A DNA stretch of 64,000 nt. Origin: Puniceicoccales bacterium. GTDB taxonomy: Bacteria; Verrucomicrobiota; Verrucomicrobiia; Opitutales; JAIRLM01. Under the pieces are notes generated by a model, which had not been told where the DNA came from, ran no database searches, and was given only the letters and a program-made list of their open reading frames with translations. The DNA lies in assembly GCA_031268535.1 (NCBI GenBank), contig JAIRXB010000014.1, positions 8,108-72,107 of the forward strand, given 5' to 3'. Made by a program: the position numbers and the translations under genes. Shown in pieces: positions 48,879-58,889 of this stretch; the first letter of the stretch is position 1; each line of letters starts with the position of its first letter.

Positions 48879-49747
48879 AAAGCGGCGTCACAATTCGCGG
48901 GAAACGGACAGAAAAGCGTCGCGTTGCCGCTGCAAAGCAGCCGACCAAAGCAAGAAAAGCTGGCGGTAGGCGGCGGCGCGGTGGCCATTGGGTTACCGTT
49001 GTGTTTTTCGCAATTGGCTGTCTGCTGGCGCTTTTTGCCGTCAGAAAGGTGGTCGGATTTGTATGCGAAAGGCTAGCCGATGGGCGCCACCTTGAGCGCA
49101 TTGAGGTGTCTACGACCGGTTCGCTTCCAAGGGGAGAGGTGCTTCGCCTGTTGAAAATTCCGCGTGACGTTAGCCTTGGCGCCATAGACATAGGGCGCTG
49201 CAGAACTAATTTGCTGCAGTGTCGGCAAGTTCGCGATGCTCACGTCGAGCGCGCCTATCCCCATACGCTGCGCATAAAAATCTTGGAGCGCACGCCGACC
49301 TTTAAGCTTTTTTCCCAAAAGGAAAAGGCATGGCTATTCGTAGCGGACGACGGGTTCGTTTTCCCCTGTGCCGGACTAGACCCCCAGGCGTCGTCCATTG
49401 TGCAGTTGAATGCTGCCGCTGAAAGCGGCACGACGCTGTTTTTCGTGCCGGAGCTGTGGCGCCTTATGGAAGAGGCCAGCTCCATCAACGGACAATTCGT
49501 GGATACTTGGGAATCCATTGCCGTCGATGAGGGCGCCTACGGCCGAAACGCTAGGATTGAAGAGTTTGAAGTGCGCTGCAATTCCATATTGCGCTTGCGT
49601 TTGCGCGCTAGCGATTTAGCCAGGCAATTTGCCGAATTGGAATACATCCTGCAGGACGCCAGGGAGCGGCGCATGCTTCCGCTAGAGCGCGTGGACCTTT
49701 CCATTCGTGGGCGCGCCTACGTTAGGCCGATGTCGCGCAATAAATAG
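48875..49747 (+). CDS. ftsQ: Cell division protein FtsQ/DivIB
   Basis: 290 aa. It has a basic N-terminus, one transmembrane segment (WVTVVFFAIGCLLALFAV) and a POTRA-like region (RIEVSTTGSLPRGEVLRLLKIP...AHVERAYPHTLRIKILERTP). Its start overlaps the ddl stop (ATGA). Confidence 0.75.
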   Translation: MKSGVTIRGKRTEKRRVAAAKQPTKARKAGGRRRRGGHWVTVVFFAIGCLLALFAVRKVVGFVCERLADGRHLERIEVSTTGSLPRGEVLRLLKIPRDVSLGAIDIGRCRTNLLQCRQVRDAHVERAYPHTLRIKILERTPTFKLFSQKEKAWLFVADDGFVFPCAGLDPQASSIVQLNAAAESGTTLFFVPELWRLMEEASSINGQFVDTWESIAVDEGAYGRNARIEEFEVRCNSILRLRLRASDLARQFAELEYILQDARERRMLPLERVDLSIRGRAYVRPMSRNK

Positions 49748-49760
49748 TTTTTGGCAACTG

Positions 49761-50183
49761 TCAGCTAACGGTCTTAATTTTTCGCAGCATTGCGGCGTTT
49801 GGGAGGTTTCCAATGCGCTCCAGAATTCTTGACGACAGCAAATTGATTTCCTGGGCCACCGAGCAGTTTGGCGTTTTAATGGTCAGCGTCTTTCCGGCGA
49901 TGCCATAGGGCTGGCAGAGGGATGCAAGCTGGCTGCCAACAATCTGCGGCCACAGTTCGACGAGCATTTGCAGCAAATTAGATCGGCCGAGGGCGGACGC
50001 CACAATGCTCGCCACTACGGTTTGCAGTTGCTTGGCTGAGTCGTTCCGCGGGCATCTTTCCGGCGCCGGGAAACCGCAAAAATTGCTTATCAATGCCAGG
50101 TGTTTTCCGCGGATGTGCGTACGCCGGCGGCAGTCCGGTGGGTCCATTAGCTGCACTATCATTGATTGAGACGGCGGAGGCAA
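49761..50183 (-). CDS. DUF721 / DciA-like protein
   Basis: 140 aa. The stretch LWPQIVGSQLASLCQPYGIAGKTLTIKTPNCSVAQEINLLSSRILERI resembles the DUF721 core (W..IVG..LA..S.P..G.L.I.V.S..WA.EL). It is convergent with ftsQ. Confidence 0.45.
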   Translation of the reverse strand: MPPPSQSMIVQLMDPPDCRRRTHIRGKHLALISNFCGFPAPERCPRNDSAKQLQTVVASIVASALGRSNLLQMLVELWPQIVGSQLASLCQPYGIAGKTLTIKTPNCSVAQEINLLSSRILERIGNLPNAAMLRKIKTVS

Positions 50184-50303
50184 TTAATCTTTGCGGAAAT
50201 TGCCAGTTTGCTGGCGCAATCCTCCTGCCGGAGAAATTCCCTTGTGCATTTGGATGACATGGCTTAGGGTAACCGTGAGCTGGCGCTCGAGGAGGAATGG
50301 CAA

Positions 50304-51338
50304 ATGGCAAAGAGAATACGCGTTGGAATTAACGGTTTCGGCCGCATAGGCCGCTTGGTGTTTCGAGCGATCGAGGAAAAGGGCCTCCGTGACCACGGCA
50401 TAGACGTTGTTGCCGTAAATGATCTCGTTCCGGCGGACAACCTTGCCTATCTTGTGAAGTACGATTCGACGCAGGGTCGCTTCGGCGGATCCGTCGATGC
50501 GCCCGACGGAGAAACTCTACGCGTTAACGGCCACGAAATAAAATGCTTAGCATGTAAGGATGGCCCGTCTTCTTTGCCGTGGAAAAGTTTAGCGGTCGAT
50601 GTGGTTATTGAGTCTACGGGTCTTTTCACTCAGGCCGATACTGCCGGCGGCCACATTTCATCCGGAGCTAAGAAGGTGATAATTTCTGCGCCGGCGAAGG
50701 GTGACGGCGTCAAAACAATCGTTCGCGGAGTCAATTGCCAGACCCTCAGAGAGGAAGACCACATTGTTTCAAACGCTTCTTGCACAACGAACTGTCTCGC
50801 GCCGGTCGCCAAAATTATTTTGGAAAATTTCGGGCTTGAGGAGGGTTTGATGACGACAATCCACAGCTACACCGCAACGCAGAAGACCGTCGACGGGCCA
50901 TCGAAAAAAGATTGGAAAGGTGGGCGCACAGCCGCCTGCAACATTATTCCGTCCACGACAGGTGCGGCGAAGGCAGTTGGGCTTGTGCTGCCGCAGCTGC
51001 AGGGAAAGTTGACCGGCATGTCGTTTCGTGTGCCAACGCCGACGGTTTCGGTCGTCGATCTGACCTTTAGGACGGAAAAGAAAACTTCCTACGAAGCCAT
51101 ATGCGGGGCCATGAAGAACGCAAGCGACGCCGGATCGCTGAGGGGCATTCTCGCCTATACCGAGGATGAAGTTGTGTCGTCTGACTTTATCCATAGTCCC
51201 TATTCGTCAATCTTTGACGCGGGGTCCGGCATGCAGCTAAATGATAAATTTTTCAAGGTCGTTTCCTGGTACGACAACGAGTGGGGCTACAGCTGCCGCT
51301 GCGCAGAACTTCTGCAGCAGGTTGGAGCGTTCGTCTAG
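50304..51338 (+). CDS. gap: Glyceraldehyde-3-phosphate dehydrogenase
   Basis: 344 aa. [12 protein letters not shown], the active-site motif [12 protein letters not shown] and WYDNEWGYS. Confidence 0.95.
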   Translation: MAKRIRVGINGFGRIGRLVFRAIEEKGLRDHGIDVVAVNDLVPADNLAYLVKYDSTQGRFGGSVDAPDGETLRVNGHEIKCLACKDGPSSLPWKSLAVDVVIESTGLFTQADTAGGHISSGAKKVIISAPAKGDGVKTIVRGVNCQTLREEDHIVSNASCTTNCLAPVAKIILENFGLEEGLMTTIHSYTATQKTVDGPSKKDWKGGRTAACNIIPSTTGAAKAVGLVLPQLQGKLTGMSFRVPTPTVSVVDLTFRTEKKTSYEAICGAMKNASDAGSLRGILAYTEDEVVSSDFIHSPYSSIFDAGSGMQLNDKFFKVVSWYDNEWGYSCRCAELLQQVGAFV

Positions 51339-51353
51339 TGGGAACTCGGCGCT

Positions 51354-53204
51354 GTGTGCGGCATTATGGGCTACTTGGGGCGCCGCCAGGCAAAAGGCAT
51401 TCTGCTCGAAGGACTCAGGCACCTTGAGTACCGCGGCTACGACTCGACCGGCATTGCCACCTGGGAAGGAACTGATTTTTCCGTCGTTAGGGCTGTGGGC
51501 CACCTTGATGCGCTCATCGAAAAAATCGGAGATCTCGAGATTTGCGGTACGGCCGGCATTGGTCACACCCGTTGGGCTACCCACGGCGCAATTACGGAAG
51601 GGAACGCCCATCCCCATCGCAGCTGCGATGGCAAGGTCGTCATTGTGCACAATGGGGTTGTGGAAAATTTCTTACAAATTGGCACCTTTTTGGGGGCGCA
51701 AAATTATAGGTCTTCGTCGGAGACCGACAGCGAAGTTTTGGCAAATCTAATTGCCTACCACTGCGCCAAGGAGGATGGAGCTGGCGGACATAGTGCATTC
51801 CTTGAAGGAGTTAGGAGAGCCCTGCTGCACGTGCGCGGCGCCTACGGCATAGTGGCAATGCACGTTGACTTTCCAGGCGAAATGGTCGGCGCCCGCAACA
51901 GTTCGCCGCTAATTCTTGGCATTGGCGATGGAGAGTTTTTCTTTTCGAGCGATACGGCCGGATTCGCTTCCCACGCTAAGGATGCAATTTTCCTCAACGA
52001 CGGCGAGATGGCCCACCTAGTGGGCGGAGACTTTTCCATTTGCACGCTCAGCAGAGAGCGCGTTGAGGCCGCCAGACGGGCAGTGGAGTGGCGCGAAGCT
52101 CTGGTGGAAAAAAATGGCTATGCCCATTTCATGCTGAAGGAAATATATGAGCAGCCAACGACCTTGCGCAATGCCATGCGCGGCCGCTTTTCGCCTGACG
52201 GAAGCGGCACCCACTTTGGTGGATTGCAAATGTCCACCAGGGAGCTACTTCAGATTGACCGCATCGTATTTTGCGCCTGTGGGTCTGCCCGATTCGCCTG
52301 CGCCATTGGTGAGTATCTCATTGAGCGCATAGCGCGCATTCCCGTCGAAGTTGAATATGCATCTGAATTTCGATACAGAAATGCGCCCCTCGACAAAAAT
52401 ACGCTCGTCGTCGCCGTTAGCCAAAGCGGAGAGACCATAGATACGCTTTCGGCACTGCTGGAGGCAAAGCGGAAGGGTTTTAGGGTAATGGCCATTACGA
52501 ATGGCGTAGGGTCAAGCATCGCCAGGGAAGCTGACGGCGGCATATATCAGCACGCCGGGCCGGAAATTGGCGTAGCGGCCACAAAAACTTTCACCTCCCA
52601 AGTTTGCTTGATGGCCATGTTGGCCATCCACCTTGGCCGACTAAGGGATCTTTCCTGCGAGGATGGCACAGAGATGGTCGATGCGCTGCAGCGTTTGCCG
52701 TCACTGGTCGAAGAGGCGCTTGAGCTGGACGACGCCGTAAGGTCAGTGGCGGAAAAATATGCCCACTGCGACCATATGTTTTTTCTTGGCCGCCAAAGCA
52801 TGTTCCCCGTCGCCATGGAGGGTGCCCTAAAGCTCAAGGAAGTGGCCTATGTGCACGCAGACGGCTACGCGGCTGCCGAAATGAAGCACGGACCAATTGC
52901 CCTCATCGGCAAAGATTGCCCAGCGTTTTTTTTGGCCTGCGATGGGCGGATGCTGGAAAAAATTCAATCGAACGTGCAGGAGGTGCGGGCCCGCGGTGCG
53001 CGCATTGTGGTTGCCGTTTGCGGCGACGATCGTGGCGTGTCATCCGTTGCCGATGATGTGCTCATACTTCCTCGCAGTCACGACATAACGCAGGCGCTCA
53101 TTTCCACCATAGCGGTGCAGCTTTTCGCCTACCACATGGGGGTGCTGCGCGGCTGCAACGTTGACTGTCCCCGCAATCTTGCTAAGTCGGTGACGGTTGA
53201 GTGA
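51354..53204 (+). CDS. glmS: Glutamine--fructose-6-phosphate aminotransferase (isomerising)
   Basis: 616 aa. The GTG start gives an N-terminal Cys (MCGIMGY). It has a glutaminase domain, tandem SIS domains and the C-terminal motif KSVTVE. Confidence 0.95.
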   Translation: MCGIMGYLGRRQAKGILLEGLRHLEYRGYDSTGIATWEGTDFSVVRAVGHLDALIEKIGDLEICGTAGIGHTRWATHGAITEGNAHPHRSCDGKVVIVHNGVVENFLQIGTFLGAQNYRSSSETDSEVLANLIAYHCAKEDGAGGHSAFLEGVRRALLHVRGAYGIVAMHVDFPGEMVGARNSSPLILGIGDGEFFFSSDTAGFASHAKDAIFLNDGEMAHLVGGDFSICTLSRERVEAARRAVEWREALVEKNGYAHFMLKEIYEQPTTLRNAMRGRFSPDGSGTHFGGLQMSTRELLQIDRIVFCACGSARFACAIGEYLIERIARIPVEVEYASEFRYRNAPLDKNTLVVAVSQSGETIDTLSALLEAKRKGFRVMAITNGVGSSIAREADGGIYQHAGPEIGVAATKTFTSQVCLMAMLAIHLGRLRDLSCEDGTEMVDALQRLPSLVEEALELDDAVRSVAEKYAHCDHMFFLGRQSMFPVAMEGALKLKEVAYVHADGYAAAEMKHGPIALIGKDCPAFFLACDGRMLEKIQSNVQEVRARGARIVVAVCGDDRGVSSVADDVLILPRSHDITQALISTIAVQLFAYHMGVLRGCNVDCPRNLAKSVTVE

Positions 53205-53252
53205 GATGTCATTTATTTGGCTTCTGTTTGGCGGCGTCCGCAAAGACGCTAT

Positions 53253-54110
53253 CTATTTGCCGTTACCAAGTCGCAAAAGCAATGGCAGCTCGCCGGAGCT
53301 GAAATACTTTGGCAATTTGCCATTCCATTTTTTTGCAGCCTCATAGACTATGAGCGATGGATTTTCCTGTAGCGCTTTTGCTCGGATGGACATGGATTCC
53401 GCTTCCGCTTGCGCCGAAAGCACTAATTGCCGAGCTTCCTCTTCGATTTGGGCGGTTCTGTTTTTGGCTTTGAGGGCTTCCTGTTCTGCAGTTACTTTAC
53501 TCTCTATGGCCTTTTCGAAGGCGGCCGAATAGGCCATGGCGACGATTTGAAATCCAGACACCACGATGTATTTCCCGCCCAAATTGTCCCGCAGCTTTTC
53601 CAGGATTTCTTGCGTCGCCACCTCGCGATTGGCCACGAGATCTTGTGCGTTCCACTTGCCTATGACGTCCTTTGCTGCCCCTTCGATTGCCGGCACTATG
53701 ATTTTGTCCTGGTAGTTTGTCCCAATTTCTTGGTACATGCGGAAGGCGTCCATTGGATCCAGGTTGTAGTTCACGGCGTAGGCGATGCGCGCATGCTGTA
53801 TGTCTCTGGTGTAGACCTGCGTTTCCGCCGTGATGCGCTGAGTGCGCACATCCATGGTGCGCATGTGCGATACGAATGGCGTTATGAGGTGCACCCCCTC
53901 TCCGTAGCTGTGGCGCGCCACCTTGCCGAGAGTTACCTTTACGCCGCGTTCTCCGGCGCCCACCATGGCAATTGGATTTAGAAGGAAAAGTGTCGCGGCC
54001 GAAACGGCGACAAATAGGATGCAACCAATCAGAATTCGCAATTGCTTTGGGGTCAATGGCCCCTGCCCATGCCGATGAAATCCGCCACCACCAAAACCAT
54101 TCCCGTCCAT
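53253..54110 (-). CDS. SPFH/band-7 (prohibitin/HflC-like) membrane protein
   Basis: The track ORF is 53253..54401, but the likely start is MDGNGFGGGGFHRHG... near 54110. It has one N-terminal transmembrane segment, an SPFH domain (GERGVKVTLGKV...) and a C-terminal coiled region (EQEALKAKNRTAQIEEEARQ). Confidence 0.75.
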   Translation of the reverse strand: MDGNGFGGGGFHRHGQGPLTPKQLRILIGCILFVAVSAATLFLLNPIAMVGAGERGVKVTLGKVARHSYGEGVHLITPFVSHMRTMDVRTQRITAETQVYTRDIQHARIAYAVNYNLDPMDAFRMYQEIGTNYQDKIIVPAIEGAAKDVIGKWNAQDLVANREVATQEILEKLRDNLGGKYIVVSGFQIVAMAYSAAFEKAIESKVTAEQEALKAKNRTAQIEEEARQLVLSAQAEAESMSIRAKALQENPSLIVYEAAKKWNGKLPKYFSSGELPLLLRLGNGK

Positions 54111-54121
54111 GGGGAGGATAA

Positions 54122-54349
54122 TTACTCTAGCGCCAGCAAAGCCAATAGCAAATAAATGGCGATGGCTGAACCGAGCAGAACTGAAAATGCGGCCAGCAAT
54201 TTTCTTCCGTGGATGGCGTAAAGATTTTTGCCGACGGCGACGCAAAGGCTTATTAGTAATGCATTTATGGCGAGAATGACTGCGGCAAAAAGTGCAATTA
54301 GTCGCAGTGCCATCCGCCGGAATATTCTTTTGTGTGCCGCAAAAGTCAA
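54122..54349 (-). CDS. Small two-transmembrane membrane protein (75 aa) upstream of the SPFH gene, possibly an NfeD-like partner
   Basis: Track ORF. It has two hydrophobic helices and ends 12 nt before the SPFH start. The NfeD assignment is only an inference from operon context. Confidence 0.35.
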   Translation of the reverse strand: MTFAAHKRIFRRMALRLIALFAAVILAINALLISLCVAVGKNLYAIHGRKLLAAFSVLLGSAIAIYLLLALLALE

Positions 54350-54412
54350 CGGGAAGAGTGCATGGGCGCCAAAAAGCTCGATGGCGATGGCAATTGCCCA
54401 TAGACAGCCGCT

Positions 54413-55210
54413 GTGAAAAATTACCTATCCCTACTCGCCGACGTCATGGAGCGCGGGGAGAAATGCGAAGACCGTACGGCCGTAGGGACTCGCTGCATCT
54501 TCGGCGCGCAGTTGCGCTTCGACCTTTCCGCAGGATTCCCAATCGTCACGACTAAGCGCGTGCACTTCAAATCCATTGTCCACGAGCTGCTTTGGTTTTT
54601 GATGGGATCAACCAATGTGGCCTATTTGCGGGAAAACGGCGTGCGCATCTGGAACGAATGGGCAGACGAGAACGGCGAACTTGGACCGATATACGGAAAA
54701 CAGTGGCGACGATGGGAGAGGGTTGGCGGCGGCCACGTTGACCAGATTGCCAAGCTGATTGACGAAATCAGACGAAACCCATACAGCAGGAGGCACATAG
54801 TCTCCGCATGGAATGTCGGTGATTTGGATGGCATGGCTCTGCCTCCATGCCACTGCTTCTTTCAGTTCCACGTGACTGCCGGCCGCGAATTGCGCTGCCA
54901 ACTTTACCAGAGGAGTGCGGACTTATTTCTGGGCGTTCCATTTAATATCGCCAGCTACTCGCTGCTTACGCACATGGTGGCCATGGTTTGCGGCCTCAGG
55001 GCGAGGGAGTTTATCCTCAGCATGGGCGATTGCCACATCTACGACAATCACGTGGAGCAGGTTTGCGAGCAGCTCGGCAGGCAGCCGCGATCGCTTCCGC
55101 AGTTGCGCATTGTGCGAGACGTAATCGACATCGACGACTTTCGATTCGAAGATTTTGAACTTATCGGCTACTGTCCCCACGGACCGATTTCGGCGCCCGT
55201 GGCCGTCTAG
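54413..55210 (+). CDS. thyA: Thymidylate synthase
   Basis: 265 aa. The stretch [43 protein letters not shown], the catalytic motif [13 protein letters not shown] and the C-terminal motif DCHIYDNH are all present. Confidence 0.95.
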   Translation: MKNYLSLLADVMERGEKCEDRTAVGTRCIFGAQLRFDLSAGFPIVTTKRVHFKSIVHELLWFLMGSTNVAYLRENGVRIWNEWADENGELGPIYGKQWRRWERVGGGHVDQIAKLIDEIRRNPYSRRHIVSAWNVGDLDGMALPPCHCFFQFHVTAGRELRCQLYQRSADLFLGVPFNIASYSLLTHMVAMVCGLRAREFILSMGDCHIYDNHVEQVCEQLGRQPRSLPQLRIVRDVIDIDDFRFEDFELIGYCPHGPISAPVAV

Positions 55211-56517
55211 GCAATGCCGTTCGACCGCATGTGGCGGTAGAGTGTGCTGCGGCCAACGCTAAGAATTTTTGCCGCTTTAGCCCTATTGCCACCGGCCTCT
55301 TCGAGGGCTCGAATAATTTGCGATCGGTCACAGTTGGCGACGGGCGCTATGGCTATCGGCTTTCCCGATGCGCTTTCCTCATTTGCAAAAAATCTTCCGT
55401 CCAAATCCTTTGGGGAAATTATGGACCCGCTCCGCAGAACGGCCATCGCTTCGCAAAAATTGCGCAATTCGCGCACGTTCCCTGGCCACCGGTACTTTTT
55501 TAAAATTGCTAGTGCGCCACTATCCACCGATGGCCGATTGCGCCATTGTCCCCAAAAATGCTCCAGCAGCGGGGGAATGTCTTCTGGGCGATCGCGGAGA
55601 GGTGGAATTGCCAATGGGATAACGCAGAGCCTGTAGTAGAGGTCGCTGCGGAATTGCCCAGATCTAACTCGTTCCTCCAGCGGGACATTTGTCGCCGCTA
55701 TGAGCCGCAGGGAAACGGGAATTGGCTGCTGTCCGCCGAGCCGCTCGAAGCTCCGCGTTTCCAGTACGCGCAGCAGCTTCACCTGCGTTTCCGGCGGAAG
55801 TTCGCTTACTTCGTCCAGGAGAAGGGTGCCCCCGCCGGCCCTTTCGAAATAGCCTCTGTGCAGTCGACTTGCGTCCGTAAATGCGCCGCGCTCGTGGCCA
55901 AAAAGTGCGCTTTCCACCATATCATGCGGAATGGCAGCTCCGTTAATGGCGAGAAATGGCTCTTCGCTTCTCTGGCTTAGCCGATGTATCTCTCGCGCAA
56001 TCATTTCCTTGCCAACGCCCGTTTCTCCCACCAGCAGCGCCGTAGAGTCTGTGGCGGCGACCAGGCGAACCGTCTCCATGAGCTTGTCCATTGCGGCGGA
56101 TTTCCCAATGACCATACCGCCGCTATCCATCAATTTTTCCCTTTGGATTGAAGGGAAGCGCTCCTCGGCGGCGCGGCGCAGCGCCCCTTCGACGGCGTCA
56201 AGGTCAAGCGGCTTTGGAAGAAAATCCGCCGCTCCCTGCTTCATCGCTCGCACGGCAGTTCCTATGTCGCCGTATGCTGTCATGAGGATGCAGGACGGTG
56301 ACGGCGATAGGCCGCGGCAAAACGCAACCACATCCAACCCAGTTTTCCCGGCCATGCGCAAATCGGCCAGCACTAGATCTATGGGCGGGACTGCAGCGGT
56401 TAGCAGTCCAATGGCCTCGGCGCCACTGGCCGCCACAGTGACGGCATAGCTGCCGCTGAGCGCCGCGGAGAGGCCATCGCGGGCATTTTTTTCGTCGTCA
56501 ACTATCAGGAGCCGCAT
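55207..56517 (-). CDS. Sigma-54-dependent response regulator (NtrC family)
   Basis: Likely start [15 protein letters not shown] at 56517 (the track ORF extends to 56664). It has a receiver domain, an AAA+ sigma-54 interaction domain ([15 protein letters not shown]; [15 protein letters not shown]) and a C-terminal helix-turn-helix ([16 protein letters not shown]). Confidence 0.9.
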   Translation of the reverse strand: MRLLIVDDEKNARDGLSAALSGSYAVTVAASGAEAIGLLTAAVPPIDLVLADLRMAGKTGLDVVAFCRGLSPSPSCILMTAYGDIGTAVRAMKQGAADFLPKPLDLDAVEGALRRAAEERFPSIQREKLMDSGGMVIGKSAAMDKLMETVRLVAATDSTALLVGETGVGKEMIAREIHRLSQRSEEPFLAINGAAIPHDMVESALFGHERGAFTDASRLHRGYFERAGGGTLLLDEVSELPPETQVKLLRVLETRSFERLGGQQPIPVSLRLIAATNVPLEERVRSGQFRSDLYYRLCVIPLAIPPLRDRPEDIPPLLEHFWGQWRNRPSVDSGALAILKKYRWPGNVRELRNFCEAMAVLRSGSIISPKDLDGRFFANEESASGKPIAIAPVANCDRSQIIRALEEAGGNRAKAAKILSVGRSTLYRHMRSNGIA

Positions 56518-58111
56518 TGTTTTTCCCGATTTCGGCCGCAGCGCCAATAAAATCTCTAAATAGTGGATGGGGTCGCAGCGGTTTCGATTGGAATTCTGGG
56601 TGATATTGCACCGCGACGAACCATGGATGGTCGGCAATTTCAAGGGCCTCGACGAGCCCGCCATCGCACACTGCCGAAAGAATCATGCCACTTTTTTCGA
56701 ATTGGCCGCCATAGGCGCCATTGAACTCATAGCGATGCCTGTGTCGTTCGCGGAATGATTTCGCACCGTAGGCCCTATGCAATTTTGTTCCCTCAAAGGC
56801 GCTACAGCCGTAGGCGCCGAGGCGCATTGTTCCGCCACATGTCGCTATGTCCCTTTGGTCATCCATCATCGACACAACGGGATGCGGGGTGTGTGGGTCG
56901 AATTCCGTTGAATTTGCGCCGGCCAACCCGATTACATTTCTGGCAAAATCGATGGCGGCCAGCTGCATCCCCAAGCATATGCCGAAAAAGGGGATGCGCT
57001 TTTTGCGGCTATGGGCGATGGCGGCCAACTTCCCTTCGATTCCGCGGCAGCCAAAACCGCCAGGGATGAGAATTCCGCCAAAACCGGAAAAAATGTCGTC
57101 TAAATTGCCGTCCAGTATGGAGTCGGCATCGATGCGCCCTATGTGGAGGTGGCAGCCATTGGCAATGGCGGAGTGTTCAAGGGCTTCGTAAACAGATTTG
57201 TAGGCGTCTTTCAGGTCTACGTATTTGCCCACTATGGCAATGGAGACGTGTCTGTCCCTGCGCTGCGCCATGGCGGAGATTTCCTCCCACAGGGAAAGGT
57301 CGCAGCGGCGGCCTGAGCCAATGGAAAAATGATTAACGATGAAGCTGTCTACGCCTTCCCTGTGCAGCATGGCGGGAACTTCGTAGATTGATTGCACGTC
57401 TAGCTCTTGGATGACTCCCTCCGGTGGCACGTTGCAGAACAGGCACAACTTTTTGCGAATGTCTTCCCCAATGGGCTTTTCGGTGCGACAAAAGAGCATG
57501 TGCGGCTGAATTCCCATTCCGCGAAGAAGCGCAACGCTCTGCTGCGCAGGCTTTGTTTTTATTTCGTCGGCTACGCGCAAAAATGGCAGCAGAGCTACGT
57601 GTCCGTGGAGCACATTCCCGTGACCGCGCTCCAAAATAAATTGCCTAATTGCCTCCAAATACGGCATGCCCTCGATGTCGCCGACTGTGCCGCCAAGCTC
57701 CACTATGGTGACGTCGCCGGAATCTTCATCGGACGCCATGTGCTTTTTGATTTCGTCCGTTACGTGCGGTATGACCTGCACCGTTTCCCCCAGATAGTCT
57801 CCGCGCCGTTCTGCCCGGATGATGGCTTCGTAAATTTTCCCGGATGATACGCTGCAGCTGCAATCCAACTTGGCGTCGGTGAAGCGTTCGTAGTGGCCAA
57901 GGTCTAAGTCGGTTTCTGAGCCATCCGGAAGTACGTACACCTCCCCGTGCTGGAAAGGGCTCATGGTGCCCGGATCAACGTTGAGGTATGGGTCAAACTT
58001 TTTGAGCAAAACGCGCAGCCCCCAAGCCTCCAGCAGAGCTCCTATGCACGCCGCCGTGAGCCCCTTCCCAAGGGACGACACAACGCCGCCGCTAATGAAA
58101 ATGTAGCGCAT
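56498..58111 (-). CDS. pyrG: CTP synthase
   Basis: Likely start MRYIFISGGVVSSLGKGL near 58111 (the track ORF extends to 58150). It has a glutamine amidotransferase C-domain (GICLGMQ). Its 3' end overlaps the start of the regulator gene by about 20 nt. Confidence 0.92.
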   Translation of the reverse strand: MRYIFISGGVVSSLGKGLTAACIGALLEAWGLRVLLKKFDPYLNVDPGTMSPFQHGEVYVLPDGSETDLDLGHYERFTDAKLDCSCSVSSGKIYEAIIRAERRGDYLGETVQVIPHVTDEIKKHMASDEDSGDVTIVELGGTVGDIEGMPYLEAIRQFILERGHGNVLHGHVALLPFLRVADEIKTKPAQQSVALLRGMGIQPHMLFCRTEKPIGEDIRKKLCLFCNVPPEGVIQELDVQSIYEVPAMLHREGVDSFIVNHFSIGSGRRCDLSLWEEISAMAQRRDRHVSIAIVGKYVDLKDAYKSVYEALEHSAIANGCHLHIGRIDADSILDGNLDDIFSGFGGILIPGGFGCRGIEGKLAAIAHSRKKRIPFFGICLGMQLAAIDFARNVIGLAGANSTEFDPHTPHPVVSMMDDQRDIATCGGTMRLGAYGCSAFEGTKLHRAYGAKSFRERHRHRYEFNGAYGGQFEKSGMILSAVCDGGLVEALEIADHPWFVAVQYHPEFQSKPLRPHPLFRDFIGAAAEIGKNNAAPDS

Positions 58112-58180
58112 CGGCGGCACCGTTCCCGCAAAATGTTGCCACGCCGTCAACGCATTTTTCGCACGGCAAATGGGATCAAC

Positions 58181-58684
58181 CTAGAAAATTTCCGATGAGT
58201 TGAAGAAAAAGGCAATTTCCGCATCCGCGGCCGCAGCATCCTCCGACGCGTGGATAACATTTCTGCTTTTATCGGAACCAAAATCTCCGCGAATTGTGCC
58301 CTTCGGGGCGATGGACGAATCCGTCGGACCGATCATTTCGCGCACGTGCGCCACGGCGTCGTCGCCCTCCACGGCAAGCACCATGACCGGCGTCGACGTC
58401 ATATAGCTCACAATGTCACCGAAAAAAGGTTTCCCCACCAGATGCGCGTAGTGTTTCCTGAGCGTGCTTTCGTCAAGCTGCACCATTTTTGCGGCCACAG
58501 GAGACAAACCTTCCCCCTCGAGGCGCGCCAGGATAAGGCCCGCAAGCCTCTGCTCCATGGCATCCGGCTTAATGATAACAAGTGTTCGCTGGCTGGCCCT
58601 TTCCATTGTCTGTGGCACAGCAGCTATGGCTTTAGAGCCAAATGTCAAGGCCGCTAGGGCCAAAATGCACCTGTAATGCTTCAC
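58181..58684 (-). CDS. ndk: Nucleoside diphosphate kinase; the track ORF carries a 26-aa N-terminal extension that resembles a signal peptide
   Basis: The core ERTLVIIKPDAMEQR...NVIHASED..AEIAFFF is canonical Ndk. Starting at MERASQ (near 58606) gives a standard cytoplasmic Ndk. The upstream GTG at 58684 would prepend MKHYRCILALAALTFGSKAIA|AVPQT. Confidence 0.9.
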   Translation of the reverse strand: MKHYRCILALAALTFGSKAIAAVPQTMERASQRTLVIIKPDAMEQRLAGLILARLEGEGLSPVAAKMVQLDESTLRKHYAHLVGKPFFGDIVSYMTSTPVMVLAVEGDDAVAHVREMIGPTDSSIAPKGTIRGDFGSDKSRNVIHASEDAAAADAEIAFFFNSSEIF

Positions 58685-58771
58685 CGATCCCGTCTAGCTG
58701 CCGTTTGGGATCCAAGGCAAAGGCTTTTGCGATTTGCGAGAATTTATTTACGAATCCGTCTCGCAATGCGG

Positions 58772-58845
58772 TGGGCGGCACAGGATTCGAACCTGCGACC
58801 TACCGGATGTAAACCGGGCGCTCTAACCGGCTGAGCTAGCCGCCC
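58772..58845 (-). tRNA. tRNA-Val (anticodon TAC)
   Basis: The reverse complement is GGGCGGCTAGCTCAGCCGGTTAGAGCGCCCGGTTTACATCCGGTAGGTCGCAGGTTCGAATCCTGTGCCGCCCA. It has a 7-bp acceptor stem, a D-arm, the anticodon loop TTTACAT and a T-arm GGTTCGAATCC. Confidence 0.85.
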
Positions 58846-58889
58846 ACGGGCAAGATCTGGGCTTCCCACTTCCAATGTCAACCGTTTCC

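Noticed and set aside
51339-51353. Looked for a glmS ribozyme upstream of glmS
   Set aside because: Only about 15 nt separate gap and glmS. There is no room for the ribozyme, which is in any case largely confined to Firmicutes and relatives.
53427-54024. 184-aa plus-strand and 175-aa minus-strand ORFs overlapping the SPFH gene
   Set aside because: Alternative-frame artefacts. The SPFH frame has a clear domain signature.
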